Notes under the pieces: model-generated | What the model was told of the DNA's origin: nothing | The model's input: only the letters and a program-made list of their open reading frames with translations | Databases searched by the model: none | Shown here: positions 1-10,720 of the stretch, one piece after another | Numbering within the stretch: position 1 is the first letter of the stretch | Layout of the letters: every line of letters starts with the position of its first letter | Origin: Candidatus Binatia bacterium | GTDB taxonomy: Bacteria; Desulfobacterota; Binatia; HRBIN30; JACQVA1 | Length of the DNA: 32,979 nucleotides | Direction of reading: 5' to 3' | Assembly: GCA_041477755.1 (NCBI GenBank) | Contig: JBGOUW010000001.1 | Coordinates: 1 to 32,979, forward strand | Program-made: the position numbers and the translations under genes

Positions 1-1
1 C

Positions 2-376
2 GCGGCGAAGGCGGCGGTGATCAACCTGACCCGTTCGGTGGCGATCGAGTTGGCGAAGGATCGGATTCGCGTCAATTGCATCTGTCCGGGTGGTATCAAT
101 ACTCCACTGATTTCGGGGCGCGTACCCGGTGGCGAAGCGGTGACCGCGCAGTTCATGGCTGCACTTCAGCCGATTCCACGGGCGGGGGTACCGGATGACA
201 TCGCGAACATGGCGCTGTATCTCGCGAGCGACGAGTCGAGTTTCGTGACCGGGGCGGCGATGGTTGTCGACGGTGGCTTCACGGCTGGCGGCAGTGCGCT
301 GCAGGGGGAAGTCCGACCGATGCCGCAGCCGAGCGGATTTGCCGGCGCCTCATTCGAATACACAAAGCCCGAGTAG
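2..376 (+). CDS. SDR-family short-chain dehydrogenase/reductase, C-terminal fragment (5' end outside the window)
   Basis: The frame is open from base 2 (AAKAAVINLTRSVAIELAKDRIRVNCICPGGINTPL...). This is the segment that follows the YxxxK of classical SDRs, including the IRVN..PG motif. Stop TAG at 374-376. The GTG at 17 is only the first in-window start-like codon. Confidence 0.8.
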   Translation, partial: AAKAAVINLTRSVAIELAKDRIRVNCICPGGINTPLISGRVPGGEAVTAQFMAALQPIPRAGVPDDIANMALYLASDESSFVTGAAMVVDGGFTAGGSALQGEVRPMPQPSGFAGASFEYTKPE

Positions 377-395
377 CGATTGAGGAGGAGCGGTG

Positions 396-1814
396 ATGCA
401 AACGTACGACAGGATCTACATCAACGGTGAGTGGGTGGCGTCAAGCGGCACGGGCAAGATCGAGGTCATCAATGCCGCGACCGAAGCGGTGATGGGGACA
501 ATCCCCGATGGTACGCCCGACGACGTGGCGAAGGCGGTTGCGGCGGCGAAGGCCGCCTTTCCCGCCTGGTCGCTAACGACGCCCGCCGAGCGCGCGGTGC
601 TGATCGAGAAGATCGCCGCGGGCTTGGCCGCGCGCAGCGAGGAGATCGCGCGCACGATTACCGGTGAAGTCGGCATGCCATTCAAGCTGTCGAAGGCGAT
701 CCAAGCCGGACTACCGGCGCTGGTGTCGGGGAGCTACGCGAAGCTGCTGGGCGAGTTCAAGTTCGAGGAACAGATCGGCAACTCGTTGGTAGTGCGAGAA
801 CCGGTTGGTGTGGTTGGCTGCATTACGCCGTGGAACTACCCGTTGCATCAAGTCATCGCCAAGGTGGCTCCAGCGCTGGCGGCCGGGTGCACGGTGGTGC
901 TCAAGCCCAGTGAAGTCGCGCCGCTGACGGCGTTCATCTTGACGGAGATCATTGACGGCGTTGGCCTACCGAAAGGCGTCTTCAATCTCGTCAGCGGCAC
1001 CGGCCCGGTGGTCGGTGAAGCCATCGCAGCGCATCCCGACATCGACATGGTTTCGTTCACCGGCTCCACGCGCGCCGGCAAACGCGTCAGCGAGCTGGCG
1101 GCGCGCACGGTGAAACGGGTTGCGCTGGAACTTGGTGGGAAGTCCGCCAATATCATTCTCGACGACGCCGATTTGCCGAAGGCCGTGACCTCCGGCGTCA
1201 GCGAGTGCTACCTCAACTCTGGCCAGACCTGCAGCGCGCTGACGCGCATGTTGGTGCCGCGGGCGCGGCACGAAGAAGCGGTCGGGCTGGCGAGGGTGGC
1301 GGCGGAGAAGTTCACCGTCGGCGATCCGCTCGGCGATACGACCAAGCTGGGTCCACTGATCTCGGCGACGCAGCGCGAGCGCGTGCGCAACTACATCCGC
1401 AAAGGCATCGAGCAAGGGGCGACGTTGGTGACCGGCGGTGCCGACGCGCCGGACGGGTTGAGCAAAGGCTACTTCGTCAAGCCGACGGTGTTTGCCAACG
1501 TGACGAACGAAATGACGATCGCGCAGGAAGAGATCTTTGGACCGGTGTTGTCGATCATTCCGTACGACACCGAAGAGGACGCCGTTCGCATCGCCAACGA
1601 CACGGTCTACGGTTTGTCGGGCGCGGTCTGGTCCGGCGACAGCGAGCGCGCGAAACGAGTCGCACGCCGTTTGCGAACAGGGCAGGTCGCTATCAACGGC
1701 GGGCGCTACAACCCGCTCGCACCGTTCGGTGGCTACAAGCAGTCCGGCCATGGCCGCGAGTTGGGCAAGTACGGGCTCGAGGAATATCTGCAGGTCAAGT
1801 CGATGCAGCTCTGA
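396..1814 (+). CDS. NAD(P)+-dependent aldehyde dehydrogenase family protein (472 aa)
   Basis: ALDH signatures [10 protein letters not shown] (catalytic Glu) and NSGQTCSA (catalytic Cys), plus [18 protein letters not shown] at 382-390 fits the ATG at 396 better than the GTG at 393. It starts 19 nt after the SDR stop, so the two are probably co-transcribed. Confidence 0.9.
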   Translation: MQTYDRIYINGEWVASSGTGKIEVINAATEAVMGTIPDGTPDDVAKAVAAAKAAFPAWSLTTPAERAVLIEKIAAGLAARSEEIARTITGEVGMPFKLSKAIQAGLPALVSGSYAKLLGEFKFEEQIGNSLVVREPVGVVGCITPWNYPLHQVIAKVAPALAAGCTVVLKPSEVAPLTAFILTEIIDGVGLPKGVFNLVSGTGPVVGEAIAAHPDIDMVSFTGSTRAGKRVSELAARTVKRVALELGGKSANIILDDADLPKAVTSGVSECYLNSGQTCSALTRMLVPRARHEEAVGLARVAAEKFTVGDPLGDTTKLGPLISATQRERVRNYIRKGIEQGATLVTGGADAPDGLSKGYFVKPTVFANVTNEMTIAQEEIFGPVLSIIPYDTEEDAVRIANDTVYGLSGAVWSGDSERAKRVARRLRTGQVAINGGRYNPLAPFGGYKQSGHGRELGKYGLEEYLQVKSMQL

Positions 1815-1842
1815 GAAGAGTATGCAGTAAGCGGAGGGCAGT

Positions 1843-1862
1843 AGGCAGTAACGCCCCTGCCT
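1843..1862. terminator. Weak hairpin between convergent genes (AGGCAG-8 nt-CTGCCT)
   Basis: AGGCAG at 1843-1848 pairs with CTGCCT at 1857-1862. It lies in the 47-nt gap between the ALDH stop and the LLM stop. There is no U-tract. Confidence 0.25.
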
Positions 1863-2860
1863 CACAGCAGCGTTTCAGCCAACAGCCGCAGCGCGGCGGG
1901 ATCGCGCGTGCCGGCGAGTAGCGTCGTCACGCCCGACTTCTTCCAGACTTGCAGCCGCTCGCGGATGCGCTCGACCGGGCCGCACAGCGAGATCTCATCG
2001 GCAAGCTCATTGGGGACGGCGGCGAACGCGCCGGCGCGATCGCCGGCAAAGAAGAGATCTTGCACGTTGCGGGCTTGATCGCCGAAGCCCATGCGATCCA
2101 TCAAGTTGAGATGGAAATTTTGGCTGCGCGCGCCCATGCCACCAAGATAGAAGCCCAGCATCATCTTGGTCGGCAGCAGTGCCTGTTCGAGATCATCGTT
2201 GATGTTCACGGTCACCGTGCCGGCCAGCTCAAAGCCCGGCTTCTTGTGCTTCAACGACTCGTCGAAGATGTTCATCCGGAACGGCGACACGAACAGCGGC
2301 AACCAGCCGTCGAAGATTTCGGCGGCGAGCGCGACGTTCTTCGGACCCTCGGCGCCGAGGTAGAGCGGGATGGTGTCGCGCAGCGGATGCACGATCGACT
2401 TGAGTGGTTTGCCCAAGCCGGTGCCGCCTTGAAACGGCATCTGATAGTGCTTGCCCTGAAAGTTCACCGGCGCTTCGCGGCGGACAATGGCGCGGAAGAT
2501 CTCGACCCATTCGCGGGTGCGGCCGAGCGGACGTGGAAACGGCTGGCCGTACCAGCCCTCGACGACCTGCGGGCCGGAGACGCCGATGCCAAGGATGAGT
2601 CGGCCGCCGGAAAGATGATCGATGGTCATCGCCGTCATCGCGGCGCATGCGGGTGTGCGCGCCGAGATTTGCATCACCGAAGTTCCGAGCTTGATCTTCT
2701 TGGTGCGCGCGCCGATCCAAGATAGCGGCGAGAAGCAGTCCGAGCCGTACGCTTCCGCGGTCCACACCGAGTCAAACCCCAAGCGTTCCGCTTCGAGAAC
2801 GAGATCGATGGGATCCTCCGGCCCCATCATCCAATAGCCGATTTGCAGTCCGAGCTTCAT
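1862..2860 (-). CDS. Luciferase-like monooxygenase (LLM) class oxidoreductase, probably F420-dependent (332 aa)
   Basis: N-terminus MKLGLQIGYW..., then LGFDSVWTAEAYGSD and GGRLILGIGVSGPQVVEGWYG, all typical of LLM-class F420-dependent oxidoreductases. No Shine-Dalgarno is visible before the ATG at 2860. Confidence 0.75.
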   Translation of the reverse strand: MKLGLQIGYWMMGPEDPIDLVLEAERLGFDSVWTAEAYGSDCFSPLSWIGARTKKIKLGTSVMQISARTPACAAMTAMTIDHLSGGRLILGIGVSGPQVVEGWYGQPFPRPLGRTREWVEIFRAIVRREAPVNFQGKHYQMPFQGGTGLGKPLKSIVHPLRDTIPLYLGAEGPKNVALAAEIFDGWLPLFVSPFRMNIFDESLKHKKPGFELAGTVTVNINDDLEQALLPTKMMLGFYLGGMGARSQNFHLNLMDRMGFGDQARNVQDLFFAGDRAGAFAAVPNELADEISLCGPVERIRERLQVWKKSGVTTLLAGTRDPAALRLLAETLL

Positions 2861-3266
2861 GCGCGTCGTAAATCACGCACGCTGCGGAACTTCAAATCGC
2901 GGGGCAACGGCGGCGCGGAGGGTGACGCAGTCGCGCGCGAATAGATGGAAGTGAAGACGGTCTGATGAAATGGGGAATGCCGAGCGGGGAGTCCGGAATA
3001 CGGAGTGGGAAATGAAGGAGACCGGATGACGGCCTGGTGGCGCGGATCGGGACTGCGCACTCGTCATCGTAGGGGCACAGGGCTGTGCGCCCATCCGGAC
3101 GCAATGTTGTACGCGAAAAGGGCGTACCGCCGTGCACCGCTACAGCGACAGACTGCCTAAGAGGGCGCAGTTCCCCCGAGAGGTGAGTGGAGATGAGGCG
3201 CTCCACTCTGTAGCGCGGTTAGTCCGTCGGAACCGGCGGGATCGACACACTCAGTACACCCCGCCG

Positions 3267-4037
3267 TCAGACCCTGCGCGCTTCGCGGATCGCGTTTTCA
3301 AACTCGGGGCGCTCGGAGAGGCGGGAGCCCTGGTAAAATGCGTGACTGAACGAAGGGCGCTCGCGGACGCGCTTGAGCCAGTCGGTGAAGCGCGGGCGCT
3401 CCGCCCACATTGCGCTCATCCCGATGTCGTCCATGCGGTCGACGAGCGGTGCGACGCAGCACTCAGCGAGGGTGAATTGCTCTCCCATAATCCACGGACC
3501 GTGCGCGAGCGCGCGCTCGATGCGATCGACGGTCTGTTGCAGCTGCTCGGAAGAATGTTCCAGCTCTGCGGATGTAAACCCGCTCCCGGAGTTCATCTTG
3601 CGATAGAAGCCCTTGCGAATCGGCCGTCGATCGGCGGACGAATCGAAGTCGCTTTCACTCTGCACGACCCGCAGCACCGGAAGGAAGACGCTGTGAAAGG
3701 ACGGTACGCGCGCCGCCGCGGTCGGTACCTCCTCGAAGTAGCGGAGCCAGGCCCGCATGTGGGCGCGTCCGAGCGCAGTGCGGGGCGACAGGGCCGGTTG
3801 CGGAAACACGTCGTCGAGGTACTCCATGATGCACGAGGAGTCAGTGATCGGCTGGTCGTCGTGTACCAGCGTCGGCACCACACCGTTGGGATTAAGCGCG
3901 AGGTACTCCGGGCTGAGCTGCTCTTCCGTCGCAAAGTTGATCTTGCGTGATGCGTAGTCGAGTCCCTTCTCCGCCAGGACGAGACGCACCTTCTGGCTGC
4001 AGGTAGAGTAGGGCGAGTGATAGAGGACGAGGGCCAT
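3267..4037 (-). CDS. Glutathione S-transferase family protein (256 aa)
   Basis: Thioredoxin-like N-domain motifs: YHSPYSTCSQKVRLVL, LNPNGVVPTLVHDD and ITDSSCIMEYL. Confidence 0.8.
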   Translation of the reverse strand: MALVLYHSPYSTCSQKVRLVLAEKGLDYASRKINFATEEQLSPEYLALNPNGVVPTLVHDDQPITDSSCIMEYLDDVFPQPALSPRTALGRAHMRAWLRYFEEVPTAAARVPSFHSVFLPVLRVVQSESDFDSSADRRPIRKGFYRKMNSGSGFTSAELEHSSEQLQQTVDRIERALAHGPWIMGEQFTLAECCVAPLVDRMDDIGMSAMWAERPRFTDWLKRVRERPSFSHAFYQGSRLSERPEFENAIREARRV

Positions 4038-4073
4038 CGCTAGGCTCTTCGTTCTTTCGTGCGCAATCGACGC

Positions 4074-4445
4074 CTACGCTTCGACGATGTCGGCTTTCGT
4101 GCTTTGCACGAAGGCGACAACTTGGTCGCGCTCGACCTGAGGAACGCGGAACGCATCCAACGTGGCATTGAGGTGCCCAAGGAAAGCCGTCCAGTCGCGT
4201 TCGTTGATCCGCATCCCGGCGTGGGAGGTCTTCATGTCGCGTCCCGTGTAGTACAGCGGACCGCCCGCACTCGAACACAAAAAATCGATCAGAAGCTGCT
4301 TCTCCCGCTTGACGCCATCCGCGCTGCGATGTTGCCAGAAGCGACCGAGTTGCGGATCACCTTGCAAGCGCGGCAGCAGATCGCTGGCAACTGCGGCAAT
4401 GGCGCCGTAGCCACCAAGACGATCGAACAGGCAGGCGTTGCTCAT
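4074..4445 (-). CDS. glbN: Group I truncated haemoglobin (trHbN-like, 123 aa)
   Basis: LFDRLGGYGAIAAVASDL..., FLCSSAGGPLYYTGRDMKTSHAGMRI (proximal His context) and the size are typical of 2-on-2 globins. AAGGAG precedes the ATG at 4445. Confidence 0.8.
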   Translation of the reverse strand: MSNACLFDRLGGYGAIAAVASDLLPRLQGDPQLGRFWQHRSADGVKREKQLLIDFLCSSAGGPLYYTGRDMKTSHAGMRINERDWTAFLGHLNATLDAFRVPQVERDQVVAFVQSTKADIVEA

Positions 4446-4463
4446 CGGCTCATCTCCTTCCGG

Positions 4464-5447
<984 letters not shown>

Positions 5448-5562
5448 TGAGTGTCCTCCCGCGCCGCGGACAATCGCGCATGTGCCGCCGGCTTGCAAGA
5501 TGCTTGCGGAACGGGCAGGCGCCGAGGGGCGCGTATGCAGTAACGGGATCGGTAGGTCGGAG

Positions 5563-7521
5563 TTATGGCTTCGATTCGTGCAACACGGTCTCCGCACGAA
5601 TCTTCCACCGGTCGCCGTCGCGTTGCCATTGCAACACTTTGAAGGCGTGCGACGTCGAGAGCGGGGACTGATACGACTGGTTGAAGCTCACGATGGCCGT
5701 CGTGTCGCGCGTGTCCGGCGTATTTGGCGCGTTTGGATAGACCGCCACGGTCGAACCGGCAATCTGTACGGCGATTGTCCCGCTCTGTTCGAACAACAAC
5801 GCCTTGCGGGCGCGCCACTGAGCAACGCTTCCTCCGGATTCCGGTACGAACGATGCGCTGTAGAATCCGACGTATTCATCGAGCCGGCGCTGCTCCCAGG
5901 CCTGACGCCAGCCCTCCAGCGCCTCTCGTAGTGTGTCAACATCTCGAAGAGTGGTCGGGGACGGGGCTTGGCCGACGCCGAGCCAGGCAGTTTGCCACGG
6001 CGTAATTCTGCTCGATAGGGCATCGAAGTCCGACTGCCTGAGTTGCGCGAGGTCAGGACCGAGGCCGTGTCGCTCCGGAACGATCTTGAGCCGTTTCTTC
6101 CCGGTTTCATCGACGAGACGAATACGCTCGGTTGTAGTGTCGCTGGCTACCAGCCAGCGCGGCCAGGACGATGTCTGCGCGGCGATGATCGGATAACATC
6201 CTTCTTCTACGATCTTGTCAGTGGCACGGCGATAGAGGCACACTCGCTTGTGCTCGGGTTCGACGATCGCCGTAGTTGTCCATTCTGTTCCGAGCGTGGC
6301 GATCCATCTAGACGACTCGCCAGGCGACCCGACGGCAGGCGGCACAATGGCCGGGGCCGCAACGCTCTGCTCGGTTACGGGTGGGGGCTCGGAGGGGACT
6401 GCTGGAGCCGCGGCGCTGGCAGCATCCAGGTGATCGGCACTTGGTTCGACAATCGCGGTGGGTGGCACCGGTGCTTGGGCGACAACCGCTTCGTCGGGTC
6501 GCGCTTCATTGAGCTGCGATGGGAGACGGCCAGGCTGGACCGCGCCGTCGTGCGCCGGAGCAGCGAGCGGTGCTGTAACTTCCGCTCCGCGCGGGCGCGG
6601 CTGGTCGTCGACTACACTCGAACGCGGGATCGAGGGCCGCGGTGCGTCTTGTCGCTGAACGACGGCAAGCACGGCGAACACACCAAGCGCGCCAAGTCCG
6701 GCGCCGAGAACCAGTGACTGAGTCCGCCCGTTTCGCTGCGCGGGCGAGGTCGGCTGGTTTCGCGACGCAGCTTCCGTCTGGCGTCGGAGACTACTCAGCT
6801 CGGCCTCGAGGGTGGCGAGGCGGCCATCACGTTGAGAGGACGGATCGTCGGGGACCGCCTTGACGCGATCGAGTTCGGCTTCGAGCCGCTCGTGGTGATC
6901 CGAGTACCACTCGATTGCTCCAAGCAACGCCTGCAGGTGTTCGGCCATTGTTGACCGAGATGGATGCGAACTTCCGTGCTGGTCGGGGTGCGGCATCGCG
7001 CTCTCGGCACTAGTGTGGGCCTCTGCGGCGTTCGCGGTCATGGCATCGATGCGTTCGGCAATGGTTTCAACGCGCCGCACGCCCTCCTGGAACGCGCCCA
7101 TGAGCGTGTCTTGATCGGCGACAACACAGGCGAGCAGCTCGTCGGTCTTGCTCCCGTTGTCCGAGAGGTTGCTCAGGACGCCCTCGATTCGTTGTAGCGC
7201 ATCCTCGGCGCGCGCCAACGCCTGGTCGGCCGTTGCGCGCGCCTCGGCGGTCGCATGGGTTTGGGCGTCCTGGAGCTGCGCGATCGAGTCGCGGATCTCG
7301 CTGATTGCCGGCGAAGCGATAGCCGCGCTGGCATCGACGCACGGTTGATTGTCGACCCGGGCAGCGAGCGAGTGGAGTCGGCGCTCGCAGGCTTGCACGG
7401 TGGCAATGAGCATGTCGCGGTCAGCGGTGAAGCGCGCCAACAGCCCGGCGAGAATCTTGCGCTGCGACTCCAATGTATCCCGTCCGCTCGTGGCCGATGC
7501 GCGAAGGTCGCCGTTTGGCAT
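5563..7521 (-). CDS. Bitopic membrane protein (652 aa): cytoplasmic coiled-coil region, one TM helix, Pro-rich linker, C-terminal NTF2/SnoaL-like (Cds6-type) domain
   Basis: The start is trimmed to the ATG at 7521, 41 nt after the upstream regulator's stop. The N-terminal third is heptad-like and contains an internal duplication ([25 protein letters not shown] versus [25 protein letters not shown]). The TM segment is [20 protein letters not shown]. The C-terminus ([25 protein letters not shown]...WKIRAE) resembles the NTF2-like domain of Cds6-family proteins. Confidence 0.6.
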   Translation of the reverse strand: MPNGDLRASATSGRDTLESQRKILAGLLARFTADRDMLIATVQACERRLHSLAARVDNQPCVDASAAIASPAISEIRDSIAQLQDAQTHATAEARATADQALARAEDALQRIEGVLSNLSDNGSKTDELLACVVADQDTLMGAFQEGVRRVETIAERIDAMTANAAEAHTSAESAMPHPDQHGSSHPSRSTMAEHLQALLGAIEWYSDHHERLEAELDRVKAVPDDPSSQRDGRLATLEAELSSLRRQTEAASRNQPTSPAQRNGRTQSLVLGAGLGALGVFAVLAVVQRQDAPRPSIPRSSVVDDQPRPRGAEVTAPLAAPAHDGAVQPGRLPSQLNEARPDEAVVAQAPVPPTAIVEPSADHLDAASAAAPAVPSEPPPVTEQSVAAPAIVPPAVGSPGESSRWIATLGTEWTTTAIVEPEHKRVCLYRRATDKIVEEGCYPIIAAQTSSWPRWLVASDTTTERIRLVDETGKKRLKIVPERHGLGPDLAQLRQSDFDALSSRITPWQTAWLGVGQAPSPTTLRDVDTLREALEGWRQAWEQRRLDEYVGFYSASFVPESGGSVAQWRARKALLFEQSGTIAVQIAGSTVAVYPNAPNTPDTRDTTAIVSFNQSYQSPLSTSHAFKVLQWQRDGDRWKIRAETVLHESKP

Positions 7522-7562
7522 TTGATGATCTCTTGAGGATTCTACGGTCGGGCAGAAGACAT

Positions 7563-8450
7563 TCAGTACGGCGGCTCCTGAGTGTGCCCGGCGGTGGCGG
7601 TCGCTCCAAAGGCACCGTCGATGAGCCGGCGAACCCGCGCGATGAAATCTTCGCGTTTGAACGGCTTGACTACATAGTCGCTGGCACCGGCCCTGCGGGC
7701 GCGATCGACGCTTTCCGGGGTCCCGTTTGCACTCAAGATCAGAACCGGCACACGCTTCGTGTGGCGGGCGCGACGCAAGCGCTGACACATGTCGTAGCCA
7801 TCGAGGCCTGGCATCGATAGGTCGAGGATGACCACGTCAGGGCGCTCGAGTTCCGTGAGCGTGAGTGCTTCGTCGGCGTCCTGGGCGGTGATGACCGTCA
7901 AGCCGAGGCCGGACCGCTCGATTGTTGCCCGAACGATCCGGCGCAAGTCGGGGTCATCGTCCACGACGAGGGCTCGGAAGCTCCGCGCCGCAGTCGGCGT
8001 CGCGAGAGAGCCACGGCCGGTGGTGGCAGGCTTCGGTTGAGAGGTCGGTTGCGGCGCGGGCTCAGCCGACGGTTGGACGGTCTGTTCGTTTGCTCCACGC
8101 GGTATCTGAGGCGTCGCGCCTTCGGCGAGCCGGGCTAGGCCGTCGTCGATCAGCATCTCGATTGCGACACGAGCCGCCGTCTCCGACAATTGACTCTGCG
8201 GACGCGAGATCGATTGCCGAAAGCGGTGCACGAGCGGCAATTGGAGCGCGTCGCCCAATAGGATGGCAAGGTTCCTCTGCGTGATCAGCCCTTCTTGCTC
8301 CAGCAGATGCTCGACCGGTTGATCGTTGGCGCTCGCCGACTGCGCGAGACGTGCGGCATCGCGGGAGCTGAGTCGCCCCACTTGTTGAAGAAACCGGAGC
8401 AACGTCTGGGTTCGATCGCGGGTGTTAGGTGAGGTCTGCATCCAGGTCAC
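7563..8450 (-). CDS. Response regulator: GspE/MshE-N-terminal-like (T2SSE_N-like) domain + CheY-like receiver (295 aa)
   Basis: The C-terminal REC has all key residues: LVVDDDPD, VILDLSMPGLDG, ILSAN, VVKPF. The N-terminus has two helical repeats of the LLxxxGLITxxxL type (VEHLLEQEGLITQRNLAILLGDALQLPLV), as in T2SSE_N domains. The start is either the GTG at 8450 or the ATG at 8441. Confidence 0.7.
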   Translation of the reverse strand: MTWMQTSPNTRDRTQTLLRFLQQVGRLSSRDAARLAQSASANDQPVEHLLEQEGLITQRNLAILLGDALQLPLVHRFRQSISRPQSQLSETAARVAIEMLIDDGLARLAEGATPQIPRGANEQTVQPSAEPAPQPTSQPKPATTGRGSLATPTAARSFRALVVDDDPDLRRIVRATIERSGLGLTVITAQDADEALTLTELERPDVVILDLSMPGLDGYDMCQRLRRARHTKRVPVLILSANGTPESVDRARRAGASDYVVKPFKREDFIARVRRLIDGAFGATATAGHTQEPPY

Positions 8451-8464
8451 GGCGCACTACAAAC

Positions 8465-8480
8465 AGCAAAGCCTACGCCA
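8465..8480 (-). promoter_or_regulatory. Candidate sigma54 -24/-12 promoter (TGGCGTAggctTTGCT) upstream of the T2SSE_N-REC regulator
   Basis: The minus strand reads TGGCGTAGGCTTTGCT, which has the GG-N10-GC spacing and a perfect TTGCT -12 box. It overlaps the 15-bp palindrome CTACGCC-A-GGCGTAG (8473-8487). The predicted TSS would leave almost no leader before 8450/8441, which lowers confidence. Confidence 0.35.
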
Positions 8481-8916
8481 GGCGTAGCTGCCTCATATAC
8501 GCACGAGTATGTCGACGCGTACGAGCCCGACGGACGGAATTTGTTCATCGGCGGCATGGGATTATCGTCTCTCTGGCTCGACGGAATGATGCGGGAGAGT
8601 GGCAGAGTTGCGTTGACGTGCATCATTGGAGCACTGACTGCCAGCGGACTCATGGGCTGCGCGGGGGCATCGTCGCCGGCGCTCCGGGTCGACCGCGACG
8701 GCCGTGCCGAGTGCGACTATGACCGCGGTGGCGACGCCGACACGCGATCCGATCACCAGTCTGCCGCTTGATGCAACCATTCAAGCCGCCGGTCTCGGCG
8801 GCACTGCCGATGTGGTAGTTCTGGATCAACGGCGAGACCTTCGCCTACCACGAGACCCGCGATGACGTCGCCGCGGACGCGGCGCGGCACTTGCGGTCTA
8901 CGCCGTGACTTGCGCG

Positions 8917-9938
<1,022 letters not shown>

Positions 9939-10047
9939 CAGCGACACTTCTGCCAATCGCAATTCGATTTCATTTTGCTTGGCGGCCGTTCGATGGCTCA
10001 GTAGGGCGCGTAGAGAACGTCGGGGATGTCGGAGGGACATTGAGAGC

Positions 10048-10674
10048 ATGCCGATGAATGACCGCAGACACTTTTTGCTGCGCCGCTTGCACAGCCTGTC
10101 GGGCATCGTACCGATCGGGTTCTACATGCTGGTGCATGTGTACGCGATCAATGTGACGATCCTGGCGGGGCCGAAGGTGTTCGATCGCGCGGCCGAGACG
10201 CTGGAGTCGACGCCGTGGTTCATTTTGCTGCTGATCGAGATTTTCCTGCTGTGGCTGCCGATCGCGTTCCATGGGATCTACGGGCTGTTCATCGTGCGAG
10301 AAGCGCAGCACAACTTCACCAGCTACGGCTACACGCGCAACGTCTACTTCTCGCTCCAGCGGATCAGTGGGATTGTGGCGTTTCTGTTCCTCGGCTTCCA
10401 CATGTTCACCACGCGCTTCTACAACTATGTCTGGAGCGTGCCGATCAGTTACGAGACCATGCACGGGTGGATCAGCAATCCCCTGTGGTTCGGCGTGTAC
10501 CTGATCGGGATTCTGGCGGCGGCGTTCCATCTGACCAACGGCGTTTCGACATTCTGCATCACCTGGGGCATTACGGTTGGCGTGCGCGCCCAACGCGCGG
10601 TGCAGAACGCGTGTACGGTGCTGTTCGTGGTGATGGGCGTGTCCGGCGTGGCGATAGTCGCGGCGTTCCGGTGA
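10048..10674 (+). CDS. sdhC: Succinate dehydrogenase/fumarate reductase cytochrome b subunit (single-subunit membrane anchor, 208 aa)
   Basis: The position is immediately upstream of sdhA. It is a multi-TM protein with the N-terminal RRLHSLSGIVPIGFYMLVH motif and conserved His residues in the helices. GGAGGG at 10031-10036 precedes the ATG at 10048. Confidence 0.8.
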   Translation: MPMNDRRHFLLRRLHSLSGIVPIGFYMLVHVYAINVTILAGPKVFDRAAETLESTPWFILLLIEIFLLWLPIAFHGIYGLFIVREAQHNFTSYGYTRNVYFSLQRISGIVAFLFLGFHMFTTRFYNYVWSVPISYETMHGWISNPLWFGVYLIGILAAAFHLTNGVSTFCITWGITVGVRAQRAVQNACTVLFVVMGVSGVAIVAAFR

Positions 10675-10720
10675 GTCCGGGCGCGTCAAACCAGTGGACC
10701 AAAGTGAAGGACGCATCGCA

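Noticed and set aside
966-1865. 299-aa minus-strand ORF, plus other ORFs nested in the ALDH gene (431-667, 848-1156, 1205-1921, 1537-1830).
   Set aside because: They are antisense or off-frame shadows of a clearly recognisable aldehyde dehydrogenase. They are Arg/Ala/Gly-rich, as expected for GC-rich DNA, and carry no motifs.
3026-3160. 44-aa ORF (MTAWWRGSGLRTRHRRGTGLCAHPDAMLYAKRAYRRAPLQRQTA) preceded by a good AAGGAG 5 nt upstream.
   Set aside because: It is extremely Arg-rich. Only 29 of 44 codons end in G/C, lower than in the neighbouring genes, and no family is recognisable. The SD-like sequence is part of the purine-rich tract.
2991-3225. GTCCGGAA (2991-2998), reminiscent of the SRP RNA domain IV loop, and GTAGCGCGGTTAGTCC (3210-3225), reminiscent of a tRNA D-arm.
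   Set aside because: The flanking sequence forms neither the SRP helix nor a cloverleaf. There is no T-arm GGTTCGAATCC-like element, no acceptor pairing and no CCA context.
7064-7073. GTTTCAACGC, and GTTTCAGCC at 1872: further near-matches to the proposed upstream activator element.
   Set aside because: Both lie inside CDSs on the non-template-relevant strand, and no -24/-12 match lies 70-90 nt downstream. I keep them as a caution that the decamer alone is not specific.
7522-7788. 89-codon N-terminal extension of the 741-aa ORF 5563-7788. Similar extensions occur on 4464-5597, 8955-9938, 9979-10674, 15333-15881, 15773-16168, 16788-17543, 29157-30422, 31516-32256 and 31802-32614.
   Set aside because: The extensions overlap the upstream gene or an intergenic region, are Arg/Pro/Ser-rich, and lack an SD. 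Internal ATG or GTG codons with an SD coincide with the N-termini expected for the families.
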